A DNA stretch of 64,000 nucleotides from Promethearchaeota archaeon (GCA_016840165.1 JAEOSU010000038.1:25816-89815); one strand, 5' to 3'. Shown: positions 49,788-59,725, numbered from the stretch's first letter. The notes: generated by a model not told the origin, from the sequence alone. Program-made: numbers and translations.

Positions 49788-50477
49788 TTATTCTCCTCTC
49801 ATAATTTTCTTTAAACGATTAAGTTCTTCTAACATTTCGTCTCGTAAAGAGCTTAATCCTCCTCCAGGTTTAGGTGCTGCCATTGGAGCAGTTGCAGTTG
49901 CAACAGGGGCACCAGGTGGTCTTGGAGTAGCTCCTGCGGGGGGAGCTGCCGGAGGTCCGGGACGTTTAGCAAATGTAGGTGCTTTTACAATACCAGAACT
50001 CGGTGCTTGAGGAGGGGCCGAACCTGGTGCGGGAGGAAGTTTTGGAGCAGGAGGAAGGCCTCCTCTTTTGGGAGGACCGCTACTGGGTGCTTTGGGAGGA
50101 CCACTACTAGCAGGAACCTTAGGAGGTCCAGCAGTAGGTGGTTTAGGTAAGCTAGATGCGGAGGAAGCTGCAGGGGTAGCTGCCGCTGGAGTACCTGTGG
50201 CTGGACTACCACTCAATAAGTTAAAGAGAGTACTTGCCGCAGCAGTTTTTGCGGTACTAGGTGCTGTTGGTCTCGCTATTTGCTTTGAAGAGGTGCTGAC
50301 CGTGGTGACTTCAGGTTCTACAGCGACTTCTTTCAAATCTTTCATTGCTTTATTCAAAGATTTAATAAAATCATTTATTCCCTTAACTGTATCTTCAAGA
50401 TCATCGGATAATGAAGTTAATCCTTTTTTCATAAAATTAATGACGCGTTCTAGTTTTTTTTGTTCTTTAGAAACCAA
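49788..50477 (-). CDS. Coiled-coil + proline-rich protein with C-terminal amphipathic helix (WH2/VASP-like)
   Basis: N-terminal heptads; GPPK x3, LPPAP x2; C-terminus GGGLSSLRDEMLEELNRLKKI. Confidence 0.75.
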   Translation of the reverse strand: MVSKEQKKLERVINFMKKGLTSLSDDLEDTVKGINDFIKSLNKAMKDLKEVAVEPEVTTVSTSSKQIARPTAPSTAKTAAASTLFNLLSGSPATGTPAAATPAASSASSLPKPPTAGPPKVPASSGPPKAPSSGPPKRGGLPPAPKLPPAPGSAPPQAPSSGIVKAPTFAKRPGPPAAPPAGATPRPPGAPVATATAPMAAPKPGGGLSSLRDEMLEELNRLKKIMRGE

Positions 50478-50749
50478 TATTTACTCAAATCCTCTCGTTT
50501 TTTCAATAGTAGAATAATTAATATATATTTATAGTGATAATTCTATTATATTAATTTTTATTTTTATTTTTATATTTTTATTAAATTTTTCTATAGACCG
50601 TCCCTAAAAAATTAATTTTCAAATTTCAGCGAAATCTGAAAAAAATAAGTATTAAAAATGCGAAATCTAATAATATTATAAATAGTTATATACTATATTT
50701 CATTTGATAATTTTAATAATAATCCTTTAATATTAATAGGTGGTTTGTT

Positions 50750-51016
50750 ATTCCTAAGCGTGAACTCTTCATTAAAAGAGTCTATGAAATAGTAAATGAG
50801 CTTAAAATACCCTTAATCGATGAGCGAGTGTATGATAAGGTTGGTTTTAGTACTGGCGCTGCTATCGCTAAGGTTACTTTTAAATTCGAAGAAGATGAAA
50901 GTGTAATTCGAGGATTTCTTGGCCTTGCGGAATATTTCCATACAGTTGTTATTAAAAAAGGCGACCAGTTCTTTATTCCTCATGCATCTATTCTCTTTCA
51001 GCTGGTAAGTTCATAA
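50750..51016 (+). CDS. Small hypothetical protein (~88 aa); probable ATT start
   Basis: Frame open upstream of GTG 50828 (IPKRELFIKRVYEIVNELKIPLIDERV...); SD AGGTGG at 50738-50743. Confidence 0.6.
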   Translation: MPKRELFIKRVYEIVNELKIPLIDERVYDKVGFSTGAAIAKVTFKFEEDESVIRGFLGLAEYFHTVVIKKGDQFFIPHASILFQLVSS

Positions 51017-51183
51017 ATTATTATTTTTTTTACTTTTCTTTTAAATTTTGAGGCTTATTCCTTATATAACCTAATTAAAACAATAATTCTTATATAATTT
51101 GAATTTTAATTTAAATTTAAAAGAAGGAAAACAAAATAAGGATTAATATTTATATAGATCACATAGATTGACACTAAAGGACA

Positions 51184-52404
51184 ATGAGAGATAAAAAATT
51201 AGACCTCTTAACCAAGTTTTTAGATGCATCACAAGTCATTAATATAAAAAAATTAAAGCTGGATGATATTGCCAACTTACCGACCTCAAGCTTTAAGTTT
51301 TTGACAGATGCAGATGCTGCGCTTTTCCAAGAATTATTAAACATCTCAACGATACGTCAATTTGCAGACCTTGACCCAGAGGAACCATTCTCAATCTTAT
51401 ATGAGGATAAAGCTACCAAACGAAAAATTGAACATATTCTCCAAACCGACCTTGAAATTGAGGAAAAGTTGCAAAAAGCGGTAACAATATCTTGTATAAT
51501 TAAGCGGATTCAAGAGGAATCAGAATCCTATGTATCTAAGGAACAAAAAATTGTCGTTACTGGGTTGGCAAATGCTGGAAAAACTACCATTTTACGTAAA
51601 TTTGGTGGTCAAATTGGAATTAAAGATTTAGCGAAACTCGCACCCACAAAAGGAGTACAACGAAAAGAGATAGTCACCCCAGATATGGCGCTAATTTTAT
51701 GGGATTTTGGAGGTCAAGAAGAATACAGAAATGTCTACTTGAGTAATCCTGAAAAATATTTCCTCAAGGTAGATCTAGTGATTTATGTCATTGATCTACA
51801 GGATCCTAAGAACTATGAAAAAAGTATCACCTATTTTAAACAGATCCTTGAAGTTTTCGAAAAATTAGAGGAAAGTCCTTACATCTTAATTTTTATCCAC
51901 AAATTTGATCCTGACGTAAAAGATGACCCTGAAATATTGCTTAACGTCGAATTGATAAAAGATATGATTAAAAATATGTTCCAAGAAACAAATAAGCTCG
52001 AATATGAAATTTATATGAGTTCTATATACTCTGCTATTGCTAGTGAACCAAAATTTTCCAGGTATTTAAAAAATACAATGGCACAAACAGGAGTATTAAC
52101 TGAGGGAAAACTGGAAGGGATGGCAACGGTTTTAGAAAGCACCCTAAACGGAATAATTCGATTATCAGAAAGTGTTATGGGTCAATATAATGAACTGGAC
52201 AGTAGAATAAGATCTCTTGAACGAAAAGTTCCTATTGACAAAGCAGAATTAAAACCTCCAATAAAAACAGAGGAAATCCCTTCCCAAACGCCTAGTCAGC
52301 ACTCTGAGGAAACCATAAGAGAAAGTCGGCATGTAAAATCCGCAATACTGGAAGAATTGAATGAACTTTTTGATAAAACCAAAAGACGTCAAAGTTCAAA
52401 ATAG
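51184..52404 (+). CDS. Rag/Arf-like small GTPase with N-terminal HhH-like domain and C-terminal coiled coil/helix
   Basis: G1 GLANAGKTT, G2 PTKG, G3 WDFGGQ, Rag-type G4 IHKFD and G5 SSIY. Confidence 0.85.
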   Translation: MRDKKLDLLTKFLDASQVINIKKLKLDDIANLPTSSFKFLTDADAALFQELLNISTIRQFADLDPEEPFSILYEDKATKRKIEHILQTDLEIEEKLQKAVTISCIIKRIQEESESYVSKEQKIVVTGLANAGKTTILRKFGGQIGIKDLAKLAPTKGVQRKEIVTPDMALILWDFGGQEEYRNVYLSNPEKYFLKVDLVIYVIDLQDPKNYEKSITYFKQILEVFEKLEESPYILIFIHKFDPDVKDDPEILLNVELIKDMIKNMFQETNKLEYEIYMSSIYSAIASEPKFSRYLKNTMAQTGVLTEGKLEGMATVLESTLNGIIRLSESVMGQYNELDSRIRSLERKVPIDKAELKPPIKTEEIPSQTPSQHSEETIRESRHVKSAILEELNELFDKTKRRQSSK

Positions 52405-52529
52405 TATCATTACTAATTAGAATATTACTGCGTTTTTTTTGGTGAAAGCCACTTTACGTCATTTTTAAATAGTCGAAGTTGTTACTTATTTATAAGATAA
52501 TTTTTTCTTAAAAAATAGGGATTGATAAT

Positions 52530-53411
52530 ATGAAAAAAACCAAAATAATAGGCATAATTTTGTTTAGTTTACTCCTTTTATCTACTGTGAATCTTGCATC
52601 TGCAGCACCTCCAAGTTATGTCGGTTTTAGCGCGGGTCAAGAATATATTTGGACGCCAAGTATTAATTTTTCAAATATTAATACAACTGCAATATCTTTA
52701 GTTGGACAGGATAATTGGACCCTAGCCTATTCTATGCTTGAGGAGCTACTTGAAAATGAAACAGGGATGACTTTTGATATGCTGGGAGGCGTTGGCCTAA
52801 GGATGATAATTCATAATGTGACCGATGAACTTATTGACTCCGGAATAAGATACTCAGGTGCGTGGTTCAATATGGATGTTTCATATGCTGCAGGTATTTG
52901 GACTCGAGTAGTTAATGCAACTGATTCTACTTATCCTATGATTCGAATTATAAATCCAGCAGATGTAAATGAATCAACATTTATGTATTTATTTAGTAGT
53001 AGTCCATTTATGCCTATAGGATTAAATTATACTTTTGTCGCAACCCAGCTCAATAATTATTTAAGCGGAAACCCTTATACTGCTGGAAATATGAGTTTAG
53101 CCAAAAAAGATAATGGCTTTCAAATTACAATTTATGGAGACTATTTAGAGATGATGCTTGAGAGTATGGGGGAGCCTTTTAATGAAACTACTTTTGAATT
53201 GGATGATGTAATTGGAATTGTGCGATATAATAGTCTGGGTATACTTGAATATGCTTCAGTTTCATATGGAGGATTAATTCTTGCAAGTGCAGCACTCACT
53301 ACTGGTCTCGGTATACCAGGTTTTACTATTCCATTAGTTCTGGGCATATCGGCTGGGACATTAATTACCGTAATCGTTATTGTAAAGAAAAAGAATAAAA
53401 TAATTATTTAA
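52530..53411 (+). CDS. Surface glycoprotein with Loki-CTERM-like sorting signal
   Basis: Signal peptide, sequons, C-terminal IPGF + TM + KKKNK. Confidence 0.75.
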   Translation: MKKTKIIGIILFSLLLLSTVNLASAAPPSYVGFSAGQEYIWTPSINFSNINTTAISLVGQDNWTLAYSMLEELLENETGMTFDMLGGVGLRMIIHNVTDELIDSGIRYSGAWFNMDVSYAAGIWTRVVNATDSTYPMIRIINPADVNESTFMYLFSSSPFMPIGLNYTFVATQLNNYLSGNPYTAGNMSLAKKDNGFQITIYGDYLEMMLESMGEPFNETTFELDDVIGIVRYNSLGILEYASVSYGGLILASAALTTGLGIPGFTIPLVLGISAGTLITVIVIVKKKNKIII

Positions 53412-53461
53412 ATTCTTTCTTTTTTTAATTCACTTAATAATTTTAAATTTAATAACTAAAT

Positions 53462-53734
53462 ATGGAATTTTTAGATTCATTATTCTTTTTAATTATATTA
53501 CTCGTGCTCCTCTGGAGTGTAAAAGCAGATTTATTTTTTGTTATATTTGGATTTGCTGTTTTAATATTTTTTTTATTTCAGTTATTTTTCATTGATCCAC
53601 TTGAAATATTATTTTCAATAACTTCTTTTTTATTATTAAATCCTGCCGGTTTCATTCTGTTATTCATTCCCTCAATAATTTCTATATTGAAATATATAAC
53701 CACAAAAATTTATAAAAAAAAAAGAGCTAAGTAA
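53462..53734 (+). CDS. Small hydrophobic membrane protein
   Basis: 90-aa hydrophobic ORF with basic tail. Confidence 0.5.
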   Translation: MEFLDSLFFLIILLVLLWSVKADLFFVIFGFAVLIFFLFQLFFIDPLEILFSITSFLLLNPAGFILLFIPSIISILKYITTKIYKKKRAK

Positions 53735-53736
53735 AT

Positions 53737-55386
53737 CTACTCTGTTCTTTTCAACTTTTCTATTCCAATTATTAGCAATAAAAGTGATATGGTAAATGAT
53801 ATGCTAATATTTATCAAGATGATTTGATTGAATCCAACAGTATAATTAAGAAAAGGAGTAAAGGGAATAAAAACAATTAATGATAAAATAAATGATAAAA
53901 CTTGAAGCAATGCTATGACATATATACTAAAATACATAAATTTCCCTTTCTCGTCATAGAGAGGTCTGATGCATTGAATAGCAGTCGCTTGCGTTAAAAT
54001 GATTAAGCTATGTACTAAATATGAAAGAAAAAATACAACAGCCGATAAAGTATCCATTAGAAAAATCAGCGAAAAAATTGCTGTTAATAGAAATGCTAAA
54101 ATCACACAAATAATAGTCATATTATACAAAAAAGAGAAAACGAGAATTTTTACACTTCTAATAGATTTTTTATATAGATAAACTATTTCCTTTGTATGAA
54201 TAAAGACATAAATTCCCATAAAAACCCCAAAAGTTAATCCTCCCATCCAAGATAAAATAAACACTATTGAGTAATTCAAATCAATAACTTCAATTATTAG
54301 AAGTGAATCACCAAATGAAATCTCGGTATTATTTATTAATGGTTTATTTAATGAGAGAGATAAAAATATCCCAAAAACTATATTTAGGGCAATAAGAAAA
54401 ATCATTTTGTTTATATTTTCTTTTTTTCTCACAAATTCCCTAAACTGTGTAATAACGGGAATTCTTATTTTACGTGGAGTTACTTTAGTTATAATTTTTA
54501 AAAAAAACTTTTCAATTTTCTTGGAATATTTTTGCTTTAGTATAGGTTTTTCTAAGTCATAAAATAATTCGGCTTTTTTATATGAAATATAAGCACATAA
54601 TAACGGAACTCCAATGATTAGTATGATATAAAGCCAAAAATTCAAGAAGTAGGTATCGATGGACGTTGGATCTACGAGATGGAGTAAAATATTTGAATAC
54701 CAAAAAGAAGGAAAAAAATTCGTTATGATTTTAAAATCAGGATATACTTCGAATATTTCGAAGATTATATGAAAGCTATATAATGCTAAAATGATTATAA
54801 ATGGTAGAATCGTAAAGAAAAAGTTATTTAGCAATGATTTGCGTGCTTTGGAAAAAATTTTATGTTCTATCCAATTTGCTAAGATATTCCCTACCAATAA
54901 TGCAAAAGCAATTAAAAAAAAAAGATTAATATAAAATAATAGATGATGCCATATAGTTAAATTCGAATTGATTTGCATTAGAACTGCTAAACCTAATGGG
55001 CCTATTGCTAAGACAATTAAAACATAGAATGGTAATTGACCTAAAAATTCGCCTAGAAATATATCTCCCGGTTTTGCGGGAGAAGATGATACTACTTCCT
55101 TTATACCTATTTCAAGTCTTCTGTAGAGCGTGATTAAGGGATAAATTAGGAATACGATAAATAACATCATAAAAGAATATTCAATAATAGGATGAAGAAT
55201 CGTTTCTAAGGAGCTACCATATGTTTTTAAAAGATCCGGTAAAAGTAAATCAATTATATAGGGCCCTAATAAAACTGCCCAGAATAGAAAGAGACCATAA
55301 ATTATCACAAAAAAAACTTTTCTTTGTTTTCTGAACTTAGAGGTCTTTAGTCTTATCTCTTTTTTAGCAATATGATACCAAATCAT
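53737..55386 (-). CDS. Putative ABC exporter permease (double-length)
   Basis: ~12 TM; SSPAKPGDIFLGE; adjacent to ABC ATPase. Confidence 0.7.
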   Translation of the reverse strand: MIWYHIAKKEIRLKTSKFRKQRKVFFVIIYGLFLFWAVLLGPYIIDLLLPDLLKTYGSSLETILHPIIEYSFMMLFIVFLIYPLITLYRRLEIGIKEVVSSSPAKPGDIFLGEFLGQLPFYVLIVLAIGPLGLAVLMQINSNLTIWHHLLFYINLFFLIAFALLVGNILANWIEHKIFSKARKSLLNNFFFTILPFIIILALYSFHIIFEIFEVYPDFKIITNFFPSFWYSNILLHLVDPTSIDTYFLNFWLYIILIIGVPLLCAYISYKKAELFYDLEKPILKQKYSKKIEKFFLKIITKVTPRKIRIPVITQFREFVRKKENINKMIFLIALNIVFGIFLSLSLNKPLINNTEISFGDSLLIIEVIDLNYSIVFILSWMGGLTFGVFMGIYVFIHTKEIVYLYKKSIRSVKILVFSFLYNMTIICVILAFLLTAIFSLIFLMDTLSAVVFFLSYLVHSLIILTQATAIQCIRPLYDEKGKFMYFSIYVIALLQVLSFILSLIVFIPFTPFLNYTVGFNQIILINISISFTISLLLLIIGIEKLKRTE

Positions 55387-55413
55387 TTTTTATAATCGAA
55401 GTTTATTATTCAT

Positions 55414-56199
55414 TTATTTCAAAATTCCAGTTTTCTTTTCCCAATTTGATAATTTATTGTTGTTAATGCCCATGAACTTGATATATGCGTCCTCCAAATT
55501 TTTTGCTTTCACTGATTCCATAATTTCTTCAGGAGATCCTTGAATTTTCATTACACCTTTATCTATAATACCAACAATGTCACATAGATCCTCGGCTATA
55601 GTGGTAATATGAGTAGAAATGAAAAATGTTTTGTCTGCGTTATTTATTAGACTAAATATAAGGTTTTTCACCATATTTGCTGCTGCGGGATCAAGATTTG
55701 ATGTTGGTTCATCTAAAAAAACTAGTTTGGGGTCATGAATCAATGTTACACATAAACTTATTTTTTGCTTCATCCCTCTTGAATAGTTTTCTAAGAGATC
55801 ATCTTCCCTCTGGTCTAAATCAAACAGTTCTAATAACTCATCTATTCTCGTAGTTATGATATCCTCTGATAGACGATACAGTGATCCAACAAATTCTAAG
55901 AATTCTCTTGCTGTTAATTTTTCATATAATCCAGGAGATTCAGCTAAAAATCCACAATTCATTTTTACCATATTTTTTTCCTTTTGAATATCATAACCTA
56001 ATACTTTTGCGCTACCAGAGCTAGGTCGGATAATTGCGTTGAGCATTCTAATTGTTGTGGTTTTACCTGCTCCATTTGGACCTAATAGTCCAAAAATCTT
56101 GCCATACGGTATTTTAATACTTAGATTTTTAACTGCTTGAACAGAACCGAAACTTTTAGCTAATTTATCACTGATTATAGCATACTCCTGTGAATTCAT
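55414..56199 (-). CDS. ABC transporter ATP-binding protein
   Basis: GPNGAGKTT, YSRGMKQK, FLDEPT, STH. Confidence 0.95.
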   Translation of the reverse strand: MNSQEYAIISDKLAKSFGSVQAVKNLSIKIPYGKIFGLLGPNGAGKTTTIRMLNAIIRPSSGSAKVLGYDIQKEKNMVKMNCGFLAESPGLYEKLTAREFLEFVGSLYRLSEDIITTRIDELLELFDLDQREDDLLENYSRGMKQKISLCVTLIHDPKLVFLDEPTSNLDPAAANMVKNLIFSLINNADKTFFISTHITTIAEDLCDIVGIIDKGVMKIQGSPEEIMESVKAKNLEDAYIKFMGINNNKLSNWEKKTGILK

Positions 56200-56584
56200 T
56201 TTATTTTTTAAGAGAATTTTTGATTTACGTTCTATTAGTTATTTATAATAGAAATCAATTTATCCATAATTAAGTTTGACTTTTCTTGTCTTCTTAATAA
56301 ATCATTCAAGAAAGCTAAGAAAACTTTTAAATCACTCACTTAGGTAATAATCAATCTATTAATTAATCAACTACATCTAAGGAAAGTATTTTTTATAATT
56401 TTAGAAAGCAGTAATATATCACATATTCTCTCTAATCAACAATCTTTTCATTTTATATCATCAATTTTGGACATTTTTATCCATTAATTCAATAAATATA
56501 AAAACCTAAATTTTGTCTTATTATCTTAATCCAAAATTTTTTGGAGTCGAATTTATCTATAAATTAAGAATATATTGATGTTCT

Positions 56585-58990
56585 ATGAAAAAATTACAAA
56601 AAAGTAGATTTTTAATTTTATTAACCCTACTTATGGTTTCGAGTTTTTTAATGGTGTTTACCTATTTTCCAGCAGTAGTAGCTGGACCCGATATTCCAAT
56701 GGAAAGTGAGTATAATGGTTGGCATTGGGGAGTAGAGGTGGGTGATGAGCTTTATTTTGAGGCAGAAGCTAACATGAGAAATATGAGTTCTGGAGAGGTT
56801 GTTGCGATTTTTCGTGATATCTGGATTTATAACATTAGCTCGATTGAGAATGTTACAATGGAATGGCTTGGGTTTCATGAGTTTTCAGTAGTAAATGCCA
56901 CACGTTGTTATTATGATCCTGATACCATGGATCTCTTTGCTTGGGCGTCTCCCGAGGAATATGCGGTTTTTGGCTTTAATGAAACTGATCCAATAAATCA
57001 TCGATATCGAGCTGGATTTAGCGCGCTTCCACAAATCCTCCCTCTCAATAATAGTGCTTTAGAGCTTGATATCTTAACACCCGTTATTAATGAAACAATG
57101 TATACTCCATTAGCAGACATGGGTGTTTTTAATGCGTTTAATTATTACGAATATAATCCTGCTGCAAACAGTTTGCGATTTGAAAATTCATCAGGTTATT
57201 ATGCTTATGCTGAGTATTATGGAAATAATGGTACATTAAAATATGGTGAAGCCTCGATTTTAGCCAATATGGGAGATCTAATGATGATAAATGTGACAAT
57301 TCAGCGAGTTTTTAATTATGATATTACTGATGAAGTACAATGGGGCCTTGATATAGGAGAATCCGTTTATTATGATTATTATGAAGGATCTAGCGGATTT
57401 GGCGAAGCATATGATTTAAAACTTACTATAACTAACATAACAGATTATATTGTTCCTACTCCAGTTAATAGCTTTTATTTTGGAGAGGATATCCCAATGG
57501 TCTTCCAAGTTGTATTTGCCAATCTGTATGTGTGGAATGGGACCGATTATGAACTCGATGGTTCAGACTTTGTGATGGGAGCTGCTAATAATTTCTATCC
57601 TATGTTATTCGGAGGAGGAAGTCCTCCAGAATTCTTAATGATAATGCCTACTACTGCAACAGTAGAAGATTTAGAATTCATGTGGAATGAAGATAAATTA
57701 CGTATATGGGGGGCTCCACTTGATACTGTTGAATATAATGACAATGCAGAATTGGAATTTATTATCTCAAATTCAACAGGTTCCGAATATATCAGAGGAA
57801 TAGTTGATAAAACAACGGGTTTATTTAAATCATTATTAGCGCTTATGGGAGAAATTATTTATTATGAGCTAAAAGATATGACTTTAGTTGATTGGGTATT
57901 GGAACCAGAAGATACTTTACATTATAAGATAAATGAGAATGATAATGAAGATTCGATTGTTCGAGCGACAATTCTTGGTACTTTTTCTGTTTTTGCTAAT
58001 ATGACTTTACTTGAATTAGATTCTGGAGGATTATTTACAATACCATCTGATCAGCCAGAACTGCAATTCTTTTCAGCAATAATCGCAGATTTTGAAACTT
58101 GGAATCCTTTAACAGAAACTTGGGATTTTGATGCAAGTGAGATGGTTCTTGGTATGGCAAATACCTATTGGCCATTATCTCCCTTAGCTTTTTCAATGTC
58201 TTATGGCTTTCCAGTACTATTTCCGATGGGAGTAGTAGCTAGTGATTTCTCTGGTTTATTTGGGGCTTATAGTAGCATTTATGATGATATTAGCTATGGT
58301 ACTAATTACGTGACTATGACTAATACAACTTTAAATAGACAGCTCAGGCTTCATTTTGATAGCACATCTGGAATGACAACTTTTCTAGGTGGTTGGATCC
58401 GCCAACCAGGGAGTGCTCCCGATGATTGGAGTTACACTTCTGTCTATCCGTTAATCATCGAGAATCCAATTTTAGGTGTGTCAGAAATTGACATTCAAAG
58501 CATTCTGGTTTCAGATATTGAAATATCAGTCAATCTTAATACTAGCGGAACCTTTGAATATTTATATGCTTTGTATCCCTTTAATCCAGTCAATATTTCT
58601 CTTCCAAACGGAACTGCTCTTTGCTATTTTGATCACATCACAACCCACCCAAGTATGATAAGTGAAAATATTACTTTAACCATTACATTACCACTTTCAA
58701 TTAATCTAGCGACAACTCAAGTGTATTTATTTGCATGGAATGTTTCAGGCTCATCAACATGGGAATTGGCTCCTCCAGAAGCCTATGAAATAAATGTCTT
58801 GACTAATAGTATAATCGTTAGTTATCCTGCATTCTCAGCAGATTCTATTATATTTGCATTGTCTTATGACGCGCCTCCTACCCTTCCGGGAATTCCAGGC
58901 TACAATTCGCTGTTACTCATAATGGGGTTAACTTTGTGCGCAATTATAATTGCAAAAATTAAAAGCAAAAAGAAATTCAAATTTAATTAA
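56585..58990 (+). CDS. Large acidic surface glycoprotein with three internal repeats and Loki-CTERM-like anchor
   Basis: Signal peptide; repeats starting WGVEVGDELYF / WGLDIGESVYY / WVLEPEDTLHY; C-terminal IPGY + TM + basic tail. Confidence 0.8.
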   Translation: MKKLQKSRFLILLTLLMVSSFLMVFTYFPAVVAGPDIPMESEYNGWHWGVEVGDELYFEAEANMRNMSSGEVVAIFRDIWIYNISSIENVTMEWLGFHEFSVVNATRCYYDPDTMDLFAWASPEEYAVFGFNETDPINHRYRAGFSALPQILPLNNSALELDILTPVINETMYTPLADMGVFNAFNYYEYNPAANSLRFENSSGYYAYAEYYGNNGTLKYGEASILANMGDLMMINVTIQRVFNYDITDEVQWGLDIGESVYYDYYEGSSGFGEAYDLKLTITNITDYIVPTPVNSFYFGEDIPMVFQVVFANLYVWNGTDYELDGSDFVMGAANNFYPMLFGGGSPPEFLMIMPTTATVEDLEFMWNEDKLRIWGAPLDTVEYNDNAELEFIISNSTGSEYIRGIVDKTTGLFKSLLALMGEIIYYELKDMTLVDWVLEPEDTLHYKINENDNEDSIVRATILGTFSVFANMTLLELDSGGLFTIPSDQPELQFFSAIIADFETWNPLTETWDFDASEMVLGMANTYWPLSPLAFSMSYGFPVLFPMGVVASDFSGLFGAYSSIYDDISYGTNYVTMTNTTLNRQLRLHFDSTSGMTTFLGGWIRQPGSAPDDWSYTSVYPLIIENPILGVSEIDIQSILVSDIEISVNLNTSGTFEYLYALYPFNPVNISLPNGTALCYFDHITTHPSMISENITLTITLPLSINLATTQVYLFAWNVSGSSTWELAPPEAYEINVLTNSIIVSYPAFSADSIIFALSYDAPPTLPGIPGYNSLLLIMGLTLCAIIIAKIKSKKKFKFN

Positions 58991-59014
58991 TTCTTTCTTT
59001 TTTTATTATTATTT

Positions 59015-59725
59015 TTAATGATAGTAATAATGTGATTTTTGGATGATTTCCTTAACTTCTGATTCGGGGATATCATACCAGTGCTTATAGGCATCAGCAA
59101 CTGCAAACCACGTTGTTCTTCTAACATTAGGACACTCAATGAAGTCGACTTTATCCTCAAACAGTTTAATTGTATGTAATGGAGCAGTAGGGACAGTTAT
59201 TATGATTTTTATAGGATTATAATTATTTATCATTTTAACTGCAGCGAGCATAGTATATCCAGAGGCTAAGCCATCGTCCAATAAAAAAACCGTTTTCTCA
59301 TAAATTTTATTCTTATAATCCTTATTAGAGATAGATTCTTTGTCATAGAATTTTAATCTCTCCTTAATTTCTTTCTTGGTTAGATTAATTGCGTCGTCTA
59401 CTTGAGCAGGATTTAAATGCAATTGCGATAAAAGACGATTATTCAATATTATGGTCCCATCTGTAGTGATTGAACCAAATCCAGCCTCGGGATTATAAGG
59501 AATTTTGATTTTCCTTACAATTAAAAGATCATAGCGTATCTTAAGCACACTACAAAAACCTTCTGCTACAGGCACTCCTCCATTAGGAATAGCAAATGCT
59601 ATGTAATTATCTGAATTTTTAATAAGCTCTTCATGCATGTTTTGATTTTTCCTAATTAGTAGATTTGCTACTATTTCTCCCGCAGAAAATCGCGATTCGT
59701 AAGGAATGACTTTCATTATATACAA
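59015..59725 (-). CDS. Type I phosphoribosyltransferase family protein
   Basis: AIPNGGVPVA, VRKI..P.NPE, LLDDGLASG. Confidence 0.9.
   Translation of the reverse strand: MYIMKVIPYESRFSAGEIVANLLIRKNQNMHEELIKNSDNYIAFAIPNGGVPVAEGFCSVLKIRYDLLIVRKIKIPYNPEAGFGSITTDGTIILNNRLLSQLHLNPAQVDDAINLTKKEIKERLKFYDKESISNKDYKNKIYEKTVFLLDDGLASGYTMLAAVKMINNYNPIKIIITVPTAPLHTIKLFEDKVDFIECPNVRRTTWFAVADAYKHWYDIPESEVKEIIQKSHYYYH

Noticed and set aside
49800-50330. Local GC-rich stretch as a possible RNA gene or foreign insert
   Set aside because: Fully explained by Pro/Ala/Gly codons.
50068-50517. 149-aa Gly/Ala-rich plus-strand ORF and 75-aa alternate-frame ORF
   Set aside because: Antisense and frame shadows of the GC-rich proline-rich gene.
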